Source: Octopus bimaculoides (Eukaryota). Taken from it: 52,710 bases of DNA. The translations under genes and the position numbers were made by a program. The first letter of the stretch is position 1; every line of letters starts with the position of its first letter. Positions 23,946 through 37,770 of this stretch are shown here, one piece after another. The stretch covers positions 110,863,305 to 110,916,014 of the forward strand of contig NC_068982.1 in NCBI RefSeq assembly GCF_001194135.2, given 5' to 3'. Below the pieces are notes generated by a model that worked only from the letters and a program-made list of their open reading frames with translations, had not been told where the DNA came from and did not search any database.

Positions 23946-24494
23946 CAATTATATATATTTTTCAATTAACACACACACACGCACGTCAAAAGCTACTCAT
24001 TTTGGCCCACTAACGGGCCAAAATTGGCTCAGGTGTTCATGCACATTGCTCACCGACAGGATAAGTGTATAGTCAAAATTAAAAAAGTAAACAAACTTCA
24101 CTGCTTATGTGTAATCAAAACACACACACACAAATAAATAAATAAAGAGAAAAAGAATGTTTCAAACAAAACAGAACCTTATCATATGTTCTCACCGTTA
24201 TATATCTTCAAAAATAGTATCATGTATGCTGGTCAATGTCATTGTGCATGTTACCTGCTACCGTCTCTGGCAGTCATTTCGTAATTTTCAAAGCTATCAA
24301 ATTCCTTCAAGGTCGACTGATTTTTGCCCTCTTTCTCTCTCTTACTCTCCTTACACGTGTATACACACACATACATATAATTTTATTTATGAGCAAGATA
24401 ACTATGGATTACTTCCTTAACAGATAAAAAAAAAAGTCCATTAGACTACACACAATTCTAACACAGTTGTATTGGAGAAATTTTGTTTACGATA

Positions 24495-24521
24495 CACACA
24501 TACACACATACACACACACAC

Positions 24522-24557
<36 letters not shown>

Positions 24558-24580
24558 ACAAACACACACACGCACACACA

Positions 24581-24628
<48 letters not shown>

Positions 24629-24640
24629 GAGAGAGAGAGT
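24495..24640. repeat. (CA)n-(GA)n compound microsatellite
   Basis: Direct reading; a (TCTA)n tract follows at about 24798-24873. Confidence 0.9.
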
Positions 24641-24797
24641 TGATTTCGAATGTAAAGCAGATGTTTGAGAATCAAAAATGTGAAACCAGTATTTTTAAAT
24701 TGTGAAGATTCAATTTCATTTACAAAAAAATATCTATAAAGCGATCCATGTAAAAACATACATTCTTTATACATTCATACATATATTCATGTGGGGA

Positions 24798-24875
<78 letters not shown>

Positions 24876-25608
24876 GTTCACTCTCTCTCTCCATTATATA
24901 AAAACACACACATATATTATGCTGTACACATGTGCATATGCATATATATTCATATGTTTGAATTATCTAGCTAGCTAGTCATTTATTTATCTATTTATAT
25001 TATGCTGCTATGTATATATGTATATATATGTACATATGTCCGTACATGTGTATATCTATGTATGTATCTAACCTTACTTGTTCACAGAAACACTGCACAT
25101 AAGTATATGCTATTTTCATTTATGTTTTATACGATTCAATGTTGGTAATCCTGGAAGAATTTTTACTAAAATGATAATTTTTATATTTTATATTACAATT
25201 TCTGTCGGCATTTTTTATTTAAATATTTTCATTTGGTATACATAAAAGCGTTTGCACTTAAACAAAAAAGAAAAAAAAAAATCTTCATATCTCTTTTATA
25301 GCATTGAAAATATCAAATGCTTACTTTCACTTTAGTTGCAAAGTTATTTTCTACGCATTACCACAACGTTCTAGAGACGAGAATGATACATCTGACAGGG
25401 AAGTAGAGTTAATTGCCTTTGCAAAGATGCCATACAACAATTGCAGTGAGAAAAAAAAATAATAAAGAAGTAAAACCATTGATTTTTGTGTCTGGTACCT
25501 TATATCTCTATATATGGTACCAGACATAAAACGTGCATGTGTGTATACATACACATATATACACATAAATACATATGCACATATTAATGTATGTATATAA
25601 TACATGCT

Positions 25609-25644
<36 letters not shown>

Positions 25645-27344
25645 CATATATATATATATATATANNNNNNNNNNNNNNNNNNNNNNNNNNNNNNNNNNNN
25701 NNNNNNNNNNNNNNNNNNNNNNNNNNNNNNNNNNNNNNNNNNNNNNNNNNNNNNNNNNNNNNNNNNNNNNNNNNNNNNNNNNNNNNNNNNNNNNNNNNNN
25801 NNNNNNNNNNNNNNNNNNNNNNNNNNNNNNNNNNNNNNNNNNNNNNNNNNNNNNNNNNNNNNNNNNNNNNNNNNNNNNNNNNNNNNNNNNNNNNNNNNNN
25901 NNNNNNNNNNNNNNNNNNNNNNNNNNNNNNNNNNNNNNNNNNNNNNNNNNNNNNNNNNNNNNNNNNNNNNNNNNNNNNNNNNNNNNNNNNNNNNNNNNNN
26001 NNNNNNNNNNNNNNNNNNNNNNNNNNNNNNNNNNNNNNNNNNNNNNNNNNNNNNNNNNNNNNNNNNNNNNNNATATATATATATATATATATATATACAT
26101 ATTTATATACATATATATATATATATATACACACACACAGATATGTATACATACATACACACACACACATATATATATAAAAGGTTTTATCCACATACAC
26201 ACGCACATATGCACAAATATATATATAACACTTAAGATGGTTTTAGCGTTTGCTTCACCTTATTGATTTTCTTAATGTCCATATTTTGACGATATCATTT
26301 CTACTTCTAGCATAACACAGATATCCTATTTGTTTTTTGTCTATATTTTTATGGAAGTGTTCTTTGATCTCGGATATGTCCAACATAATGTATGTTCGAT
26401 CTACATTACTTAAATCACTCTGTGTAATGTTAGAAACATACTGCATAGCCTGACACACACCTGGTTGCACACCGACATACATCCAGTCACACATCCAGTC
26501 ACATATTCACTCGCACATACACATGCAAAGGCACACATCCAGAAACACACACAGATACACACACACAGATACACACACACAGACATACACACATACACAT
26601 ACACAGACTAATATACAGACAAACAACCAGACACACCGTTACATACTCTGACAATGAAGCATATACCCCTGCCATTTACTCTTACACATTGAAACGCAGC
26701 TCTCTTGGTCATATATAGTTACAAACATATTGATACACAGGCGCACCCAGACATGCACTGTTTTATACACATGCGTACACATATTCACTCATACGCTTGC
26801 ACACACGCACACATGTACACGTACGCTTGCATACGCACACACAAACCCCAAATCACACACCTTAACAGTTAGATACACACTGCATAAAAACATAGACAGT
26901 TACACACACATTAACACACAGTCATTTTCATTTGGCACCCTACCAATTAAGACATACCTCTGAGCCTCTCTTCAGAGAAGCTCAGAGAACATTGCATAAC
27001 TATACTTGCAGCTTACATCGAGAATCACTGGCGACCACACCTCGATAGAAGGCTTTCGACCGATCCAGCCAGCTAAACGAGCTCTCCAAATGACATAATC
27101 AGATACTAGATCATGTTTTGTCTTGAAGCACTGCCCAACATACCGTGATTTCATTGTTTGTGAGATGAGTGGTTAAGTTCCATAAATATGTTTTGGCTGG
27201 ATTTGTTTTTTACAATAGATTTTCTACCCCATGACAGTTATTTTTGAAACCTCATAGAAAGACTTCGAATCATTCAAGAGCGCCAGCTCATCGAGACCAC
27301 GAAAAGTGTTCTCGATTTTAAAAGATCAGGTCGGGTAAGATATT

Positions 27345-27700
27345 TGTCTGCATTTGATCGGTCGTCCCGGTCAACCCGCCAAACAGTACCCCAGTGCGTC
27401 CCAATCTCTGCGGGACACTTCCTCATCTGCCGTGACCACGCGGTATGTGCTTGGCCAATACGAGCCGTCACTCAAGTCGGATCCTCAGAGAAGAGAAAAC
27501 AATACGCAAGATCTAACTCAGAAATTCGAGCAGCATGACCAAACAGTCTGAGCTGATGCTCACCAATCATACAAATAACTGGATGCATCCCAGTTTCTGA
27601 ATATAATCGTTGGTCGGATGCAAAATCCAACCGATGGTATCCCGTAATCCTGCCACGGTCCTGGTACCAAAGAAGCTCAGGCGGCTCCATGTATGTCAAG
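27345..27700 (-). mobile_element. Degraded RTE-clade LINE, ORF C-terminus
   Basis: RITGYHRLDFASDQRLYSETGMHPVICMIGEHQLRLFGHAARISELD...SEDPT*VTARIGQAHTAWSRQ matches the RTE pattern RRILGYxWxDFVSN..RQLRLFGHVAR..RRPRGRP..W. Confidence 0.82.
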
Positions 27701-29730
27701 TTATTGAAAAACCACACAATTGAAAATATTATCGGTTTAAGTTTATAATTTATAATCGTGCCTTCTTTCGCAAACAAATTTACTGTTTTAGTTTTTTTTT
27801 TAATCATTTAGGTAGAGCACTACTCAGTTTGTTACTACCTCCTCGAAGGAGATAAATAGATTTTGTGCATCATGTAAGAAAGTAGCAACTAGAGCAGGAT
27901 CATTTGCAAAGTATGTATTAATTTATATAAGGAAGGAGAGTGTGAGCATTGCCTTGGAAGAATTAGAAGACATTTGGTTTTTATTCTAGATACTGATTTT
28001 TCCATATTTATAATCAAGAACAATTAACGTTTCAGCGGTGCGTAAGAGGCGATTTAAGTTAGATTGTTGTATAATTTTGCAGCAATATAGAAGAGTTACG
28101 ATGATAGAAAGTCTGTTACACACCCAGACACATACGACATACAAACCGACATGCAAACACATGCTCAGGCACGCATTCAATAACACATATATATACGCAC
28201 ATTAACACAAAACAACATTAAAAAAGGCAAAGGATTAAACATGGGCTTACACAAATAGTTATACGTTCACTAACACATAGACACATTCATAAGCACACAT
28301 ACAGATATCTGTACAAATACACACATAGGAAAACACACTAGCACATGCACGTGGACTGTTACACATAGTAACATCCTAATATACACGCAGACGCGCACCT
28401 ATTTACACATACACGATAATCACGATAATTGTTTCGACATATCTAGCATCGATCCCTCATGGGTGGGACACTCAACGACTGATTCAAAAGCATCCGGCGG
28501 TGCAGATGTATCTCATCGAGTGATTAATAGACACAACCCGTTAAAATAACAGTCCTGCAATGTAACTGTTCGTTTGGTAGAAAGAAAAGTAGCCAGACGG
28601 AGGAAATATCTTCATTTACATAGAGGATTAAAAATAAAATCGGAAAAAAGAGAAACGAACACGCAATTCAGATGTGTCTAGACGCACACATGTACAGACA
28701 TACATTCGTCTAAACATATATGTGTATTATATTGAGATACACGCAAGTGCGCGCATCTCCTCATGTACAGTATATATANNNNNNNNNNNNNNNNNNNNNN
28801 NNNNNNNNNNNNNNNNNNNNNNNNNNNNNNNNNNNNNNNNNNNNNNNNNNNNNNNNNNNNNNNNNNNNNNNNNNNNNNNNNNNNNNNNNNNNNNNNNNNN
28901 NNNNNNNNNNNNNNNNNNNNNNNNNNNNNNNNNNNNNNNNNNNNNNNNNNNNNNNNNNNNNNNNNNNNNNNNNNNNNNNNNNNNNNNNNNNNNNNNNNNN
29001 NNNNNNNNNNNNNNNNNNNNNNNNNNNNNNNNNNNNNNNNNNNNNNNNNNNNNNNNNNNNNNNNNNNNNNNNNNNNNNNNNNNNNNNNNNNNNNNNNNNN
29101 NNNNNNNNNNNNNNNNNNNNNNNNNNNNNNNNNNNNNNNNNNNNNNNNNNNNNNNNNNNNNNNNNNNNNNNNNNNNNNNNNNNNNNNNNNNNNNNNNNNN
29201 NNNNNNNNNNNNNNNNNNNNNNTATATGAACACACAGAGTAGGTCCTGATAAGGTAGAAAATCGGTGTATTACCAATGCAACACTCCACACTAACCTCTG
29301 GATGTCTATACTCTCATATCTTCCTTCTTCTATAAGCAACATTAAATACACATTAAAACTTAATGACTTAATGCTACTCTGGATAAAGTTGTACTCTGAC
29401 ATATCCAGCCACACTTAATGCGTAATCTTTTTTTTAATTATATGCAATGTTTTCAGAAATGGAGTGGTACAGAAACGATTGCAACGAATATTAAAGTTCT
29501 GTTAAATTCATTCTTCGTCTTCTTACTTAAACACCCCACCACCACGCAGAGGCAAAATGCAATGTTAAAATTGAGAAAAAATATAAATAAAATCTCATAG
29601 ATAACGGATCTCGAACATAGCATGTTTAGTTTCTCCCGCTTTGGAGATTGACTAGTGAGGTATCATATTCAACTCATATATTCCTCTTCCCCTTCTCCTT
29701 CTCCCCACCACACTCATATACACACAACTT

Positions 29731-29770
<40 letters not shown>

Positions 29771-31217
29771 TATGTATATGTACATGCATGCATACATTCG
29801 ATTTTAAGATAAGGAAATTAAATATGTTGTCAATACACACATAGGATATTATTCTAGTGAGTTGGGCATATGTACATTTGGAACAGGCAGTTTATCTCAA
29901 TCGCAGTAGAAAGAAAGGAAGCAAATGATAATAACATATCACCATCTATAGGAAGAGTCTGATTGTGTTGGAAAAAAAGATAGCACGTCTGGGAAATAGA
30001 TGATAGAATTGACATTCCGCAAAGTCTTCTTATAAAACGTTTACCTATATAACAACCCTTGGTTGGAAACCATTATGTGAAATGGAATGAAAAAATTTTC
30101 TGTGGGGATAGTTGAATATGAGAAGTGATTAACAAGTGGTTGGTGTCGGAGATATCTCAAAGGAAGCAGTACTCAAGTACTTTAGGATGCATTAGAGGAA
30201 AAATAGTAATGGTAAAACTAGGATAATAGTTTACAAATGAAATGCATAAAACTATAACGGAGAAACAATTTGCATGGTTACCGATCACGATATTTTTTAT
30301 TTCTGCTCATCAGCCATAAGTGATTAGTTAGTTTGATTCAAGATGGCATGTACAGTGATGCAGACACAGCTTAAAGTGAATTCTGCTTCGTGTTTCCGCG
30401 AAAATAAACTCGTGTACGTTGCTGGTTCACAGCTTCCATTTTCTCTCTCTTCCTCTGCGGCAGAGATTACTTGCATTGTAGCGTTAGACAATGGAAGATA
30501 TCAGCCTGATAAACGGGAAATAAGCTTTTGTGGGAAAGAAAAGCAGAGGTAAAGATGGTAGGAGAGTTAGATGAGAAAGCAATGTGAAAGATTTTAGTGG
30601 TTAGAAAATATTTGAGAATTATAAAGGAAAGAGATAGAACAAATATTGTTTTAAGGAAGACGTGGCAAATACTATAGAAACGTTATTAAAATCGTAATTG
30701 GAATGAAAAGTAGTGTAACAAGAGAAAGGTAAAGAATAAGATATTATAAAATGATTAACTCAAATATAAGCTTGTAACATAAACAGTATACACATATATG
30801 CTAGAAGTATGTACGAATGTATATACTTCTAGCATGTATAACGTCAACTTTTTATGTATAACCAGTTAAATATTGTAATTCTCTAATAGCATTGCCCCGT
30901 AATTTCTCAATGAATTTTATTAGACGTACATACATATATATATATGTATATATGTATATACACAGAATGATTGATACATGTGTGTGTGTATCTGTGCGTG
31001 TGGTGTGTAAGTAAAACAAGCAAATCTTGTCTGCATTTACATGTTTTAGCTCTAATGCGAGTTTTTCCAAATGGTATTATTTCATAAAATTCAGGAAAAC
31101 AGAAAGAAAGGTAAGTTTTACACGTCAAACATATATTGCACGCACTCACACACACACACGCACACACAAACATACAAGCACGCATGCACATAAAGAAAGA
31201 GAGAGACAGAAAGAGAA

Positions 31218-31248
<31 letters not shown>

Positions 31249-32137
31249 GAGAAGAATGCAAACAGATGAAAAGTGTTCTCAACTCGTCGTACATTGCCGC
31301 AGTCTAATGACTGAAACAAATAATATATATATATATATATATATATANNNNNNNNNNNNNNNNNNNNNNNNNNNNNNNNNNNNNNNNNNNNNNNNNNNNN
31401 NNNNNNNNNNNNNNNNNNNNNNNNNNNNNNNNNNNNNNNNNNNNNNNNNNNNNNNNNNNNNNNNNNNNNNNNNNNNNNNNNNNNNNNNNNNNNNNNNNNN
31501 NNNNNNNNNNNNNNNNNNNNNNNNNNNNNNNNNNNNNNNNNNNNNNNNNNNNNNNNNNNNNNNNNNNNNNNNNNNNNNNNNNNNNNNNNNNNNNNNNNNN
31601 NNNNNNNNNNNNNNNNNNNNNNNNNNNNNNNNNNNNNNNNNNNNNNNNNNNNNNNNNNNNNNNNNNNNNNNNNNNNNNNNNNNNNNNNNNNNNNNNNNNN
31701 NNNNNNNNNNNNNNNNNNNNNNNNNNNNNNNNNNNNNNNNNNNNNNNNNNNNNNNNNNNNNNNNNNNNNNNNNNNNNNNNNNNNNNNNNNNNNNNNNNNN
31801 NNNNNNNNNNNNNNNNNNNNNNNNNNNNNNNNNNNNNNNNNNNNNNNNNNNNNNNNNNNNNNNNNNNNNNNNNNNNNNNNNNNNNNNNNNNNNNNNNNNN
31901 NNNNNNNNNNNNNNNNNNNNNNNNNNNNNNNNNNNNNNNNNNNNNNNNNNNNNNNNNNNNNNNNNNNNNNNNNNNNNNNNNNNNNNNNNNNNNNNNNNNN
32001 NNNNNNNNNNNNNNNNNNNNNNNNNNNNNNNNNNNNNNNNNNNNNNNNNNNNNNNNNNNNNNNNNNNNNNNNNNNNNNNNNNNNNNNNNNNNNNNNNNNN
32101 NNNNNNNNNNNNNNNNNNNNNNNNNNNNNNNNNNNNN

Positions 32138-32449
32138 CAACGGAACAGCCTGCTCGTGAAATTAACGTGCAAGTGGCTGAGCACTCCACAGACACGTGTA
32201 CCCTTAACGTAGTTCTCGGGGATATTCCGCGTGACACAGTGTGACAAGGCTGACCCTTTGAATTACGGGCACAACAGAAACAGGAAGTAAGAATGAGAGA
32301 AAGTTGTGGTGAAAGAGTACAGCAGGGTTCGCCACCATCCCCTGCCGGAGCCTCGTGGAGCTTTAGGTGTTTTCGCTCAATAAACACCCACAACGCCCGG
32401 TCTGGGAATCGAAACCGCTGCCCTAACCACTTGGCTATTGCGCCTCCAC
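32138..32449 (-). mobile_element. SINE family A (3' end lost in gap)
   Basis: Reverse complement of 9299-9640 at high identity, with a short deletion in the tRNA head. Confidence 0.93.
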
Positions 32450-34043
32450 TTTCTGTATCGTACAGATATATACATATATATTTGTTGGTGCTCGAGCATA
32501 TCCACCGCCTTAAGGCTGAGCTGTATAAAAGAATATATATCATTCATAAAAACTAGTTCTTTGGTGGATAGCTCACGCACGCTTGTGTGTGTGAGCTATC
32601 CATTGTTAAACCTTTAATAAGGGTTTGTAATGTCTGGATTAATTTCAGTCCTAAGGTATGGTGCATGAAATAGTTTTTCTTTTTATTGATGTCGAAATGT
32701 CAAAAGCATAAATATGCAAATTAGTATCTTCACCATGTTGCTTGCCTAATGTGTTATGATTTATGTAGCAACTGGTTTGTGCTATTAGTTTGAGAAGGAA
32801 GTTGAGTACGTTTTCTCTGAGAAGTAGCAAACGAAACTTCTGGAGACTTCATCCCTCTTTCTCCGCACATCAGTAGCATAGAAAGAATCTGCTTACATTC
32901 TTCTGTATCCCACAGTGAGGCTTTGGAATATTCAAATATATGTGTGTGCATATGTGTATATTTGTGTGTGTATCTATTATGATTAATAAGATAGTAGAGT
33001 GTAACGACATGAAGATGTGGCTGCTATTTCCAGCAGACTGAGCGCTTTCCTCTGGCTTAGAGGCCTTCAGCTGCTTTCTGTTCAGCAATAGTGAAAGTGT
33101 TGTGTCAAACTACGAAGGAAACAATGAAAGACTAACAACGAAAATAAATGTAGAATGAGAGACGAAATCAGTAAAAAAACGAAAAGAAAATTATGTTGAA
33201 TTTAGTGTGAAAATATAATGACACCTTGCATTTGTTGTTAGTTACCTAATTACTTTTACGCCTTCCAGTTAGTTTCTAATTAAAGATATTCATGCATAGC
33301 AGCATTTTTCAGTTACAACATAATTATCACAATGTTATAACTGCAGTATTTTTATACGATTCTCTCTCATGTGTCATCATTTTTAAACATCTCAGTTGAA
33401 TTAGCTTTAAAACAAGCTCATAATTTTTTTATGTTTCTCTGTTCAATTAGCATCATTTTTTTCATATAAAACTTATTAAATACGTTTTTTTTAGAATAAT
33501 TTATCTAGTTATTCGAACAAATAGTTATTTTATAACCCATAAAGTTTAATTTTTTATACGAATCCAATGAAAAAATTTTCATTAACCTTTTCTTTTATTT
33601 CTTTTCATTCAACTTTAATTTTAGATACGTAACCTGAAGTATGCATGCTTCAATAATATATACAGATATTCTACACAGGAAGATGAATTGTAATTTATTG
33701 TTAAGGAGAAAGATTATGATATCCGTGCATTTCTCCGAAGTTCATCAACGATTTTATAGCGTCAGAATGTCAGAATACAAGCCAATATATAACTATGGCA
33801 CTAAGTCGTAAACGTTGGTGGAGGGAACAGTTAATGAAGTCTAATCTAGTTTTAACTGGTATTTGCTTCAACGAAGCAAGTCGTATTTTTTACAACTTAG
33901 TCAAGTTTGTAAGAACAGCGTCCGTAACGCCACTTCAGTGCTTCTGAGACTAGTGAGAGTAAAAAGACGAAGATAAATCTGCTACCCAGGATCAGAAACT
34001 ATACCTCTAACGAACTTACACACGGTTTCTCTCGTTCAATTTA

Positions 34044-35063
34044 TCAGGTCATCCCATAAGTTCTGTCCGATCTTACCTTTTTTAAAATTGAATGAAATTT
34101 AATAGCATTTTAGAATGTCTAATGGAATTAAAACTTATTTTTATGCATTCGTCTACATTTAAACTAATTAAATATTATTTTACAGAATAATAGAATTAAA
34201 ATTTCTTTGATTAAAACCCTTTCTAACATGGAAGTATCCAAGGAGCATTCGAGGCACATAATACTTTATGAGTACACAAAAGGAAACTCTGCAGCCGAAG
34301 CGACTCGAAACATACACTCAGTTTATGGGAAAGAATGCTTGAATGAAAGAACGTGCAGAAGATGGTTTGCAAAATTCAGAAGTGGAGATTTCAGCCTTGA
34401 AGATGAAGATCGAACAGGACGTCCAGTTGAGTTTGATGATANNNNNNNNNNNNNNNNNNNNNNNNNNNNNNNNNNNNNNNNNNNNNNNNNNNNNNNNNNN
34501 NNNNNNNNNNNNNNNNNNNNNNNNNNNNNNNNNNNNNNNNNNNNNNNNNNNNNNNNNNNNNNNNNNNNNNNNNNNNNNNNNNNNNNNNNNNNNNNNNNNN
34601 NNNNNNNNNNNNNNNNNNNNNNNNNNNNNNNNNNNNNNNNNNNNNNNNNNNNNNNNNNNNNNNNNNNNNNNNNNNNNNNNNNNNNNNNNNNNNNNNNNNN
34701 NNNNNNNNNNNNNNNNNNNNNNNNNNNNNNNNNNNNNNNNNNNNNNNNNNNNNNNNNNNNNNNNNNNNNNNNNNNNAAGTAATTCACTTTGAATTGTTAC
34801 CACCTAATGCAACAATTAATGCTCAAGTCTACTGTCAGCAATTAGAGCGTTTGAACCAAGCTTTGAAGAAAAAAGACCCGCTTTAGTGAATCGAAAAGGA
34901 GTGATGTTTCATCAGGACAATGCGCGACCCCACACTGCAAAGATCACATCACAGAAGATCGAAGAGCTTGGTTGGGAAAAAATTCCTCATCCATCTTATT
35001 CTCTCGACCTTGCTCCTTCAGACTACCATTTGTTTCGTAGTTTACAGAATCATTTGGGGGACA
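34044..35063 (+). mobile_element. mariner (D,D34D) transposon remnant: 5' TIR plus pseudogenised transposase, 3' truncated
   Basis: TA at 34042-34043 followed by TIR-like tcaggtcatcccataagttctgtccga. ATG at 34228: MEVSKEHSRHIILYEY...RRWFAKFRSGDFSLEDEDRTGRP (HTH). After the gap: VIHFELL...(frameshift)...FHQDNARPH-...-YSLDLAPSDYHLFRSLQNHL, with 34 residues between the last two catalytic D. Ends in (GA)n. Confidence 0.95.
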
Positions 35064-35461
35064 AGAGAGAGAGAGAGAGAGTGAGAGAGAGAGAGAGGGG
35101 GAGGGAGATAGAAAGTTCCTGTGTCCGTGTATGTGTGTGTGTGTGAGAGAGAGAGAAAGAGAAAGAGATAGTGAAAGAGCTACAGACAGAGAGTGATACA
35201 CAAAACCAGAGATGGCGAAAAATTTATGTATGTATGTATGTATGTATGTATGTATCTATCTATCTATCTATCTATCTGTCTATCTATCTATCTGCCTGTC
35301 TGTTGGTCTCTGTCTCTGCCCTTCTTTCTGTTTCTTTCTCTGTCCGTCTCTCTCACTCTACGCACATACATACATATACACACGCACAAGGAAAGAGAAA
35401 TGTAAAGGAGAAAGGGAGAAATAGAGAGAAGGACAGTGAGATAGAGAATTTAATTAAATAC

Positions 35462-35580
35462 CGATAAATAAGTACCAGGTTTAGAGTACATATTGGGGTA
35501 GATTTCTTCGACTAATCCTTTCAAAACCGTACCCCAGCGTAGTCCCAGTCCAATGGCTACAAGAAGTGAAAGAAAAGAAA
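35462..35580 (+). mobile_element. SINE family C, 3' part
   Basis: ccgataaataagtaccagg...ggggtagatttcttcgactaa; similar to 22590-22755. Confidence 0.7.
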
Positions 35581-35619
35581 TCTAGAGAATTAAAACATTG
35601 AAAACTTCATTTTCCAAAT

Positions 35620-35830
35620 CGGTCGTTAATTTAGTTAAACTCGAGGTCAATCCAGATCGAGTAAACTTTTGATCAAAAGCGTTGTAACCGTGCATATCCA
35701 TTTTTATTCAGACATATCATAACTAGAACTAAATTAACCAATATATCCTTTTCCTTTTCAAAAAGTAGGGTGATTTTGGCTGTTATTTCTACCAAGTTCA
35801 GTGATAACGCAATCTCCCTCATTGGTTAGT
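35620..35830. mobile_element. Diverged interspersed repeat, family F
   Basis: gatcaaaagcgttgtaaccgtg...ctagaact...ttttggctgttatttctacc; related segments at 39235-39360 and 33010-33065. Confidence 0.5.
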
Positions 35831-36564
35831 TAATGATGTATTTTTTTTATATCGTAGTATAGCTGATATTTTCTAAAATGTACCATCAAACATGATATAA
35901 GACTGATATCACCTATTAAAGAAATTATGTATATTTAATTCATACACAATAACTCTAATGTTCAGCAGATTTGTAAAACTGTAAATATTTGAATATGGAT
36001 TAAACAGAAATGTCAGTAGCTACCAAGATTCTATAAATTATTGATGACTTATAATAATAAATGAGATTCAGAAGAACTGAAGTGTATTTTTCCAAATCTT
36101 TTAGTTCGACAAAGAACTTCATTATTCGGACAAAGCATTTTAAATTGACAAGTTTTCTTGATGTCCACGACAGATCTGGCATCGTCTACCAAGGGAAATC
36201 AATGAAGTGATTTTCATACGAGAAAAAAGAAGAAAGGAAAAAAAAGCAAGAAAAAGAAACGTAGGGTTGGAAAGAGAACAAAGAAAATTCCTTCAAAATT
36301 AAGGAAAAAATAAATGAAACACGAAGATGTAGTATGGAATCCAATACTAAAAATAAAGAATGTGCTCCGAATAAAAAGGGTGATGTGAAATTGTGGGGAA
36401 ACTACTCTCACAATAATAAAGCAAGGAGAAATAATAGAATAGACGTCTCGAGATGAAATATATAAAGAAAATGAGAAAAACTTTCGCAGCGATACACATA
36501 AAAACAGTCATGCATATGATCCATATACATGAATACATTCAGTCATTGTCATTTGTACGCATAT

Positions 36565-36722
<158 letters not shown>

Positions 36723-36908
36723 TCTAGTGCTTTTGTTCGTAAGAACGAAGCTTTCAAACACAGGATAAAGTACTCAATACTTCAAGAAGTGGTGTGTGTT
36801 ATTTTATTAATGACCAATCTACAGAGCTAATCCTGTTTTGATCCTTGGCAATCCTAATCACACACGCACATACACACACACACACACACATATATACGGT
36901 GTGTGTAA

Positions 36909-36946
<38 letters not shown>

Positions 36947-36980
36947 GTACATACGTGTATATATATATATATATATACAT

Positions 36981-37033
<53 letters not shown>

Positions 37034-37647
37034 TGCGTACATTATATGCTTGTATGTGTTGGCCGTATGTGTACGTGTATGCGTATGTATGCATATATAG
37101 AAGTAGTTGTATATACTAGTCCTAATGTGCAATGTACAGAAGTTACGTCAGCCAGTTTGAAGAGGACCAATATAAAACAATTGGTGTGATAACTGAAGCT
37201 TCAGCAGATGGAAACAAGGAAGCTTGCGGTTGTTCCGAACAACACATTATAATTTACACACTGCACGAGAAATCGAATTAACGCCGTGACAATGCGGTTT
37301 CATTGTGGTTTGACCCAGGATTTAATTCGTGCCTAATAAATCATGGAGAGTTGTCAAGATTCCAACTGTTGTCTATGATACTATCAAAGTTGTCGCTAAG
37401 AACTAAAACAATGACTACAACCAGAATTGAGAATATTTCAGAGACGTATTCCCCTGAGAAAATCTCCATTACTATCCTTTATTCTGAAGAACAATCTTTA
37501 CAATTGACAAGTAGTCTTAAAATATGATCAGGAGTGAAATAGTTTTCATCGCAAATTATCACAGTTGAAATTGTTTTTGTTAAGATAAGTGTAACTTATT
37601 CAGTGGGTCTCTGAGTGCCAGTATTTCCACATTTGTCTGAATGTTTC

Positions 37648-37770
37648 ATGTATGTATGTATGTATGTATGTATGTATGTATGTATGTATGTATGTATGTA
37701 TGTATGCATGTATGTATGTATGTATGTATGTATGTATGTGTGTACGTATGTATGTATGTGCATATGTATG
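37648..37770. repeat. (TATG)n tetranucleotide microsatellite
   Basis: Direct reading. Confidence 0.95.

Noticed and set aside
30280-30325. Minus-strand CUGAUGA-gca-GAAA (minimal hammerhead-like)
   Set aside because: No stem II, a 2-bp stem III, and stem I does not pair.
32897-33109. 213-nt open minus-strand pseudo-exon with good splice sites
   Set aside because: It includes a microsatellite-like stretch and a family F repeat fragment (33010-33065).
36080-36205. KLTSFLDVHDRSGIVY (and EMATSGIYLI at about 6750-6790) as Penelope GIY motifs
   Set aside because: Too short, and lacking the following CxxC/YIG, to call.
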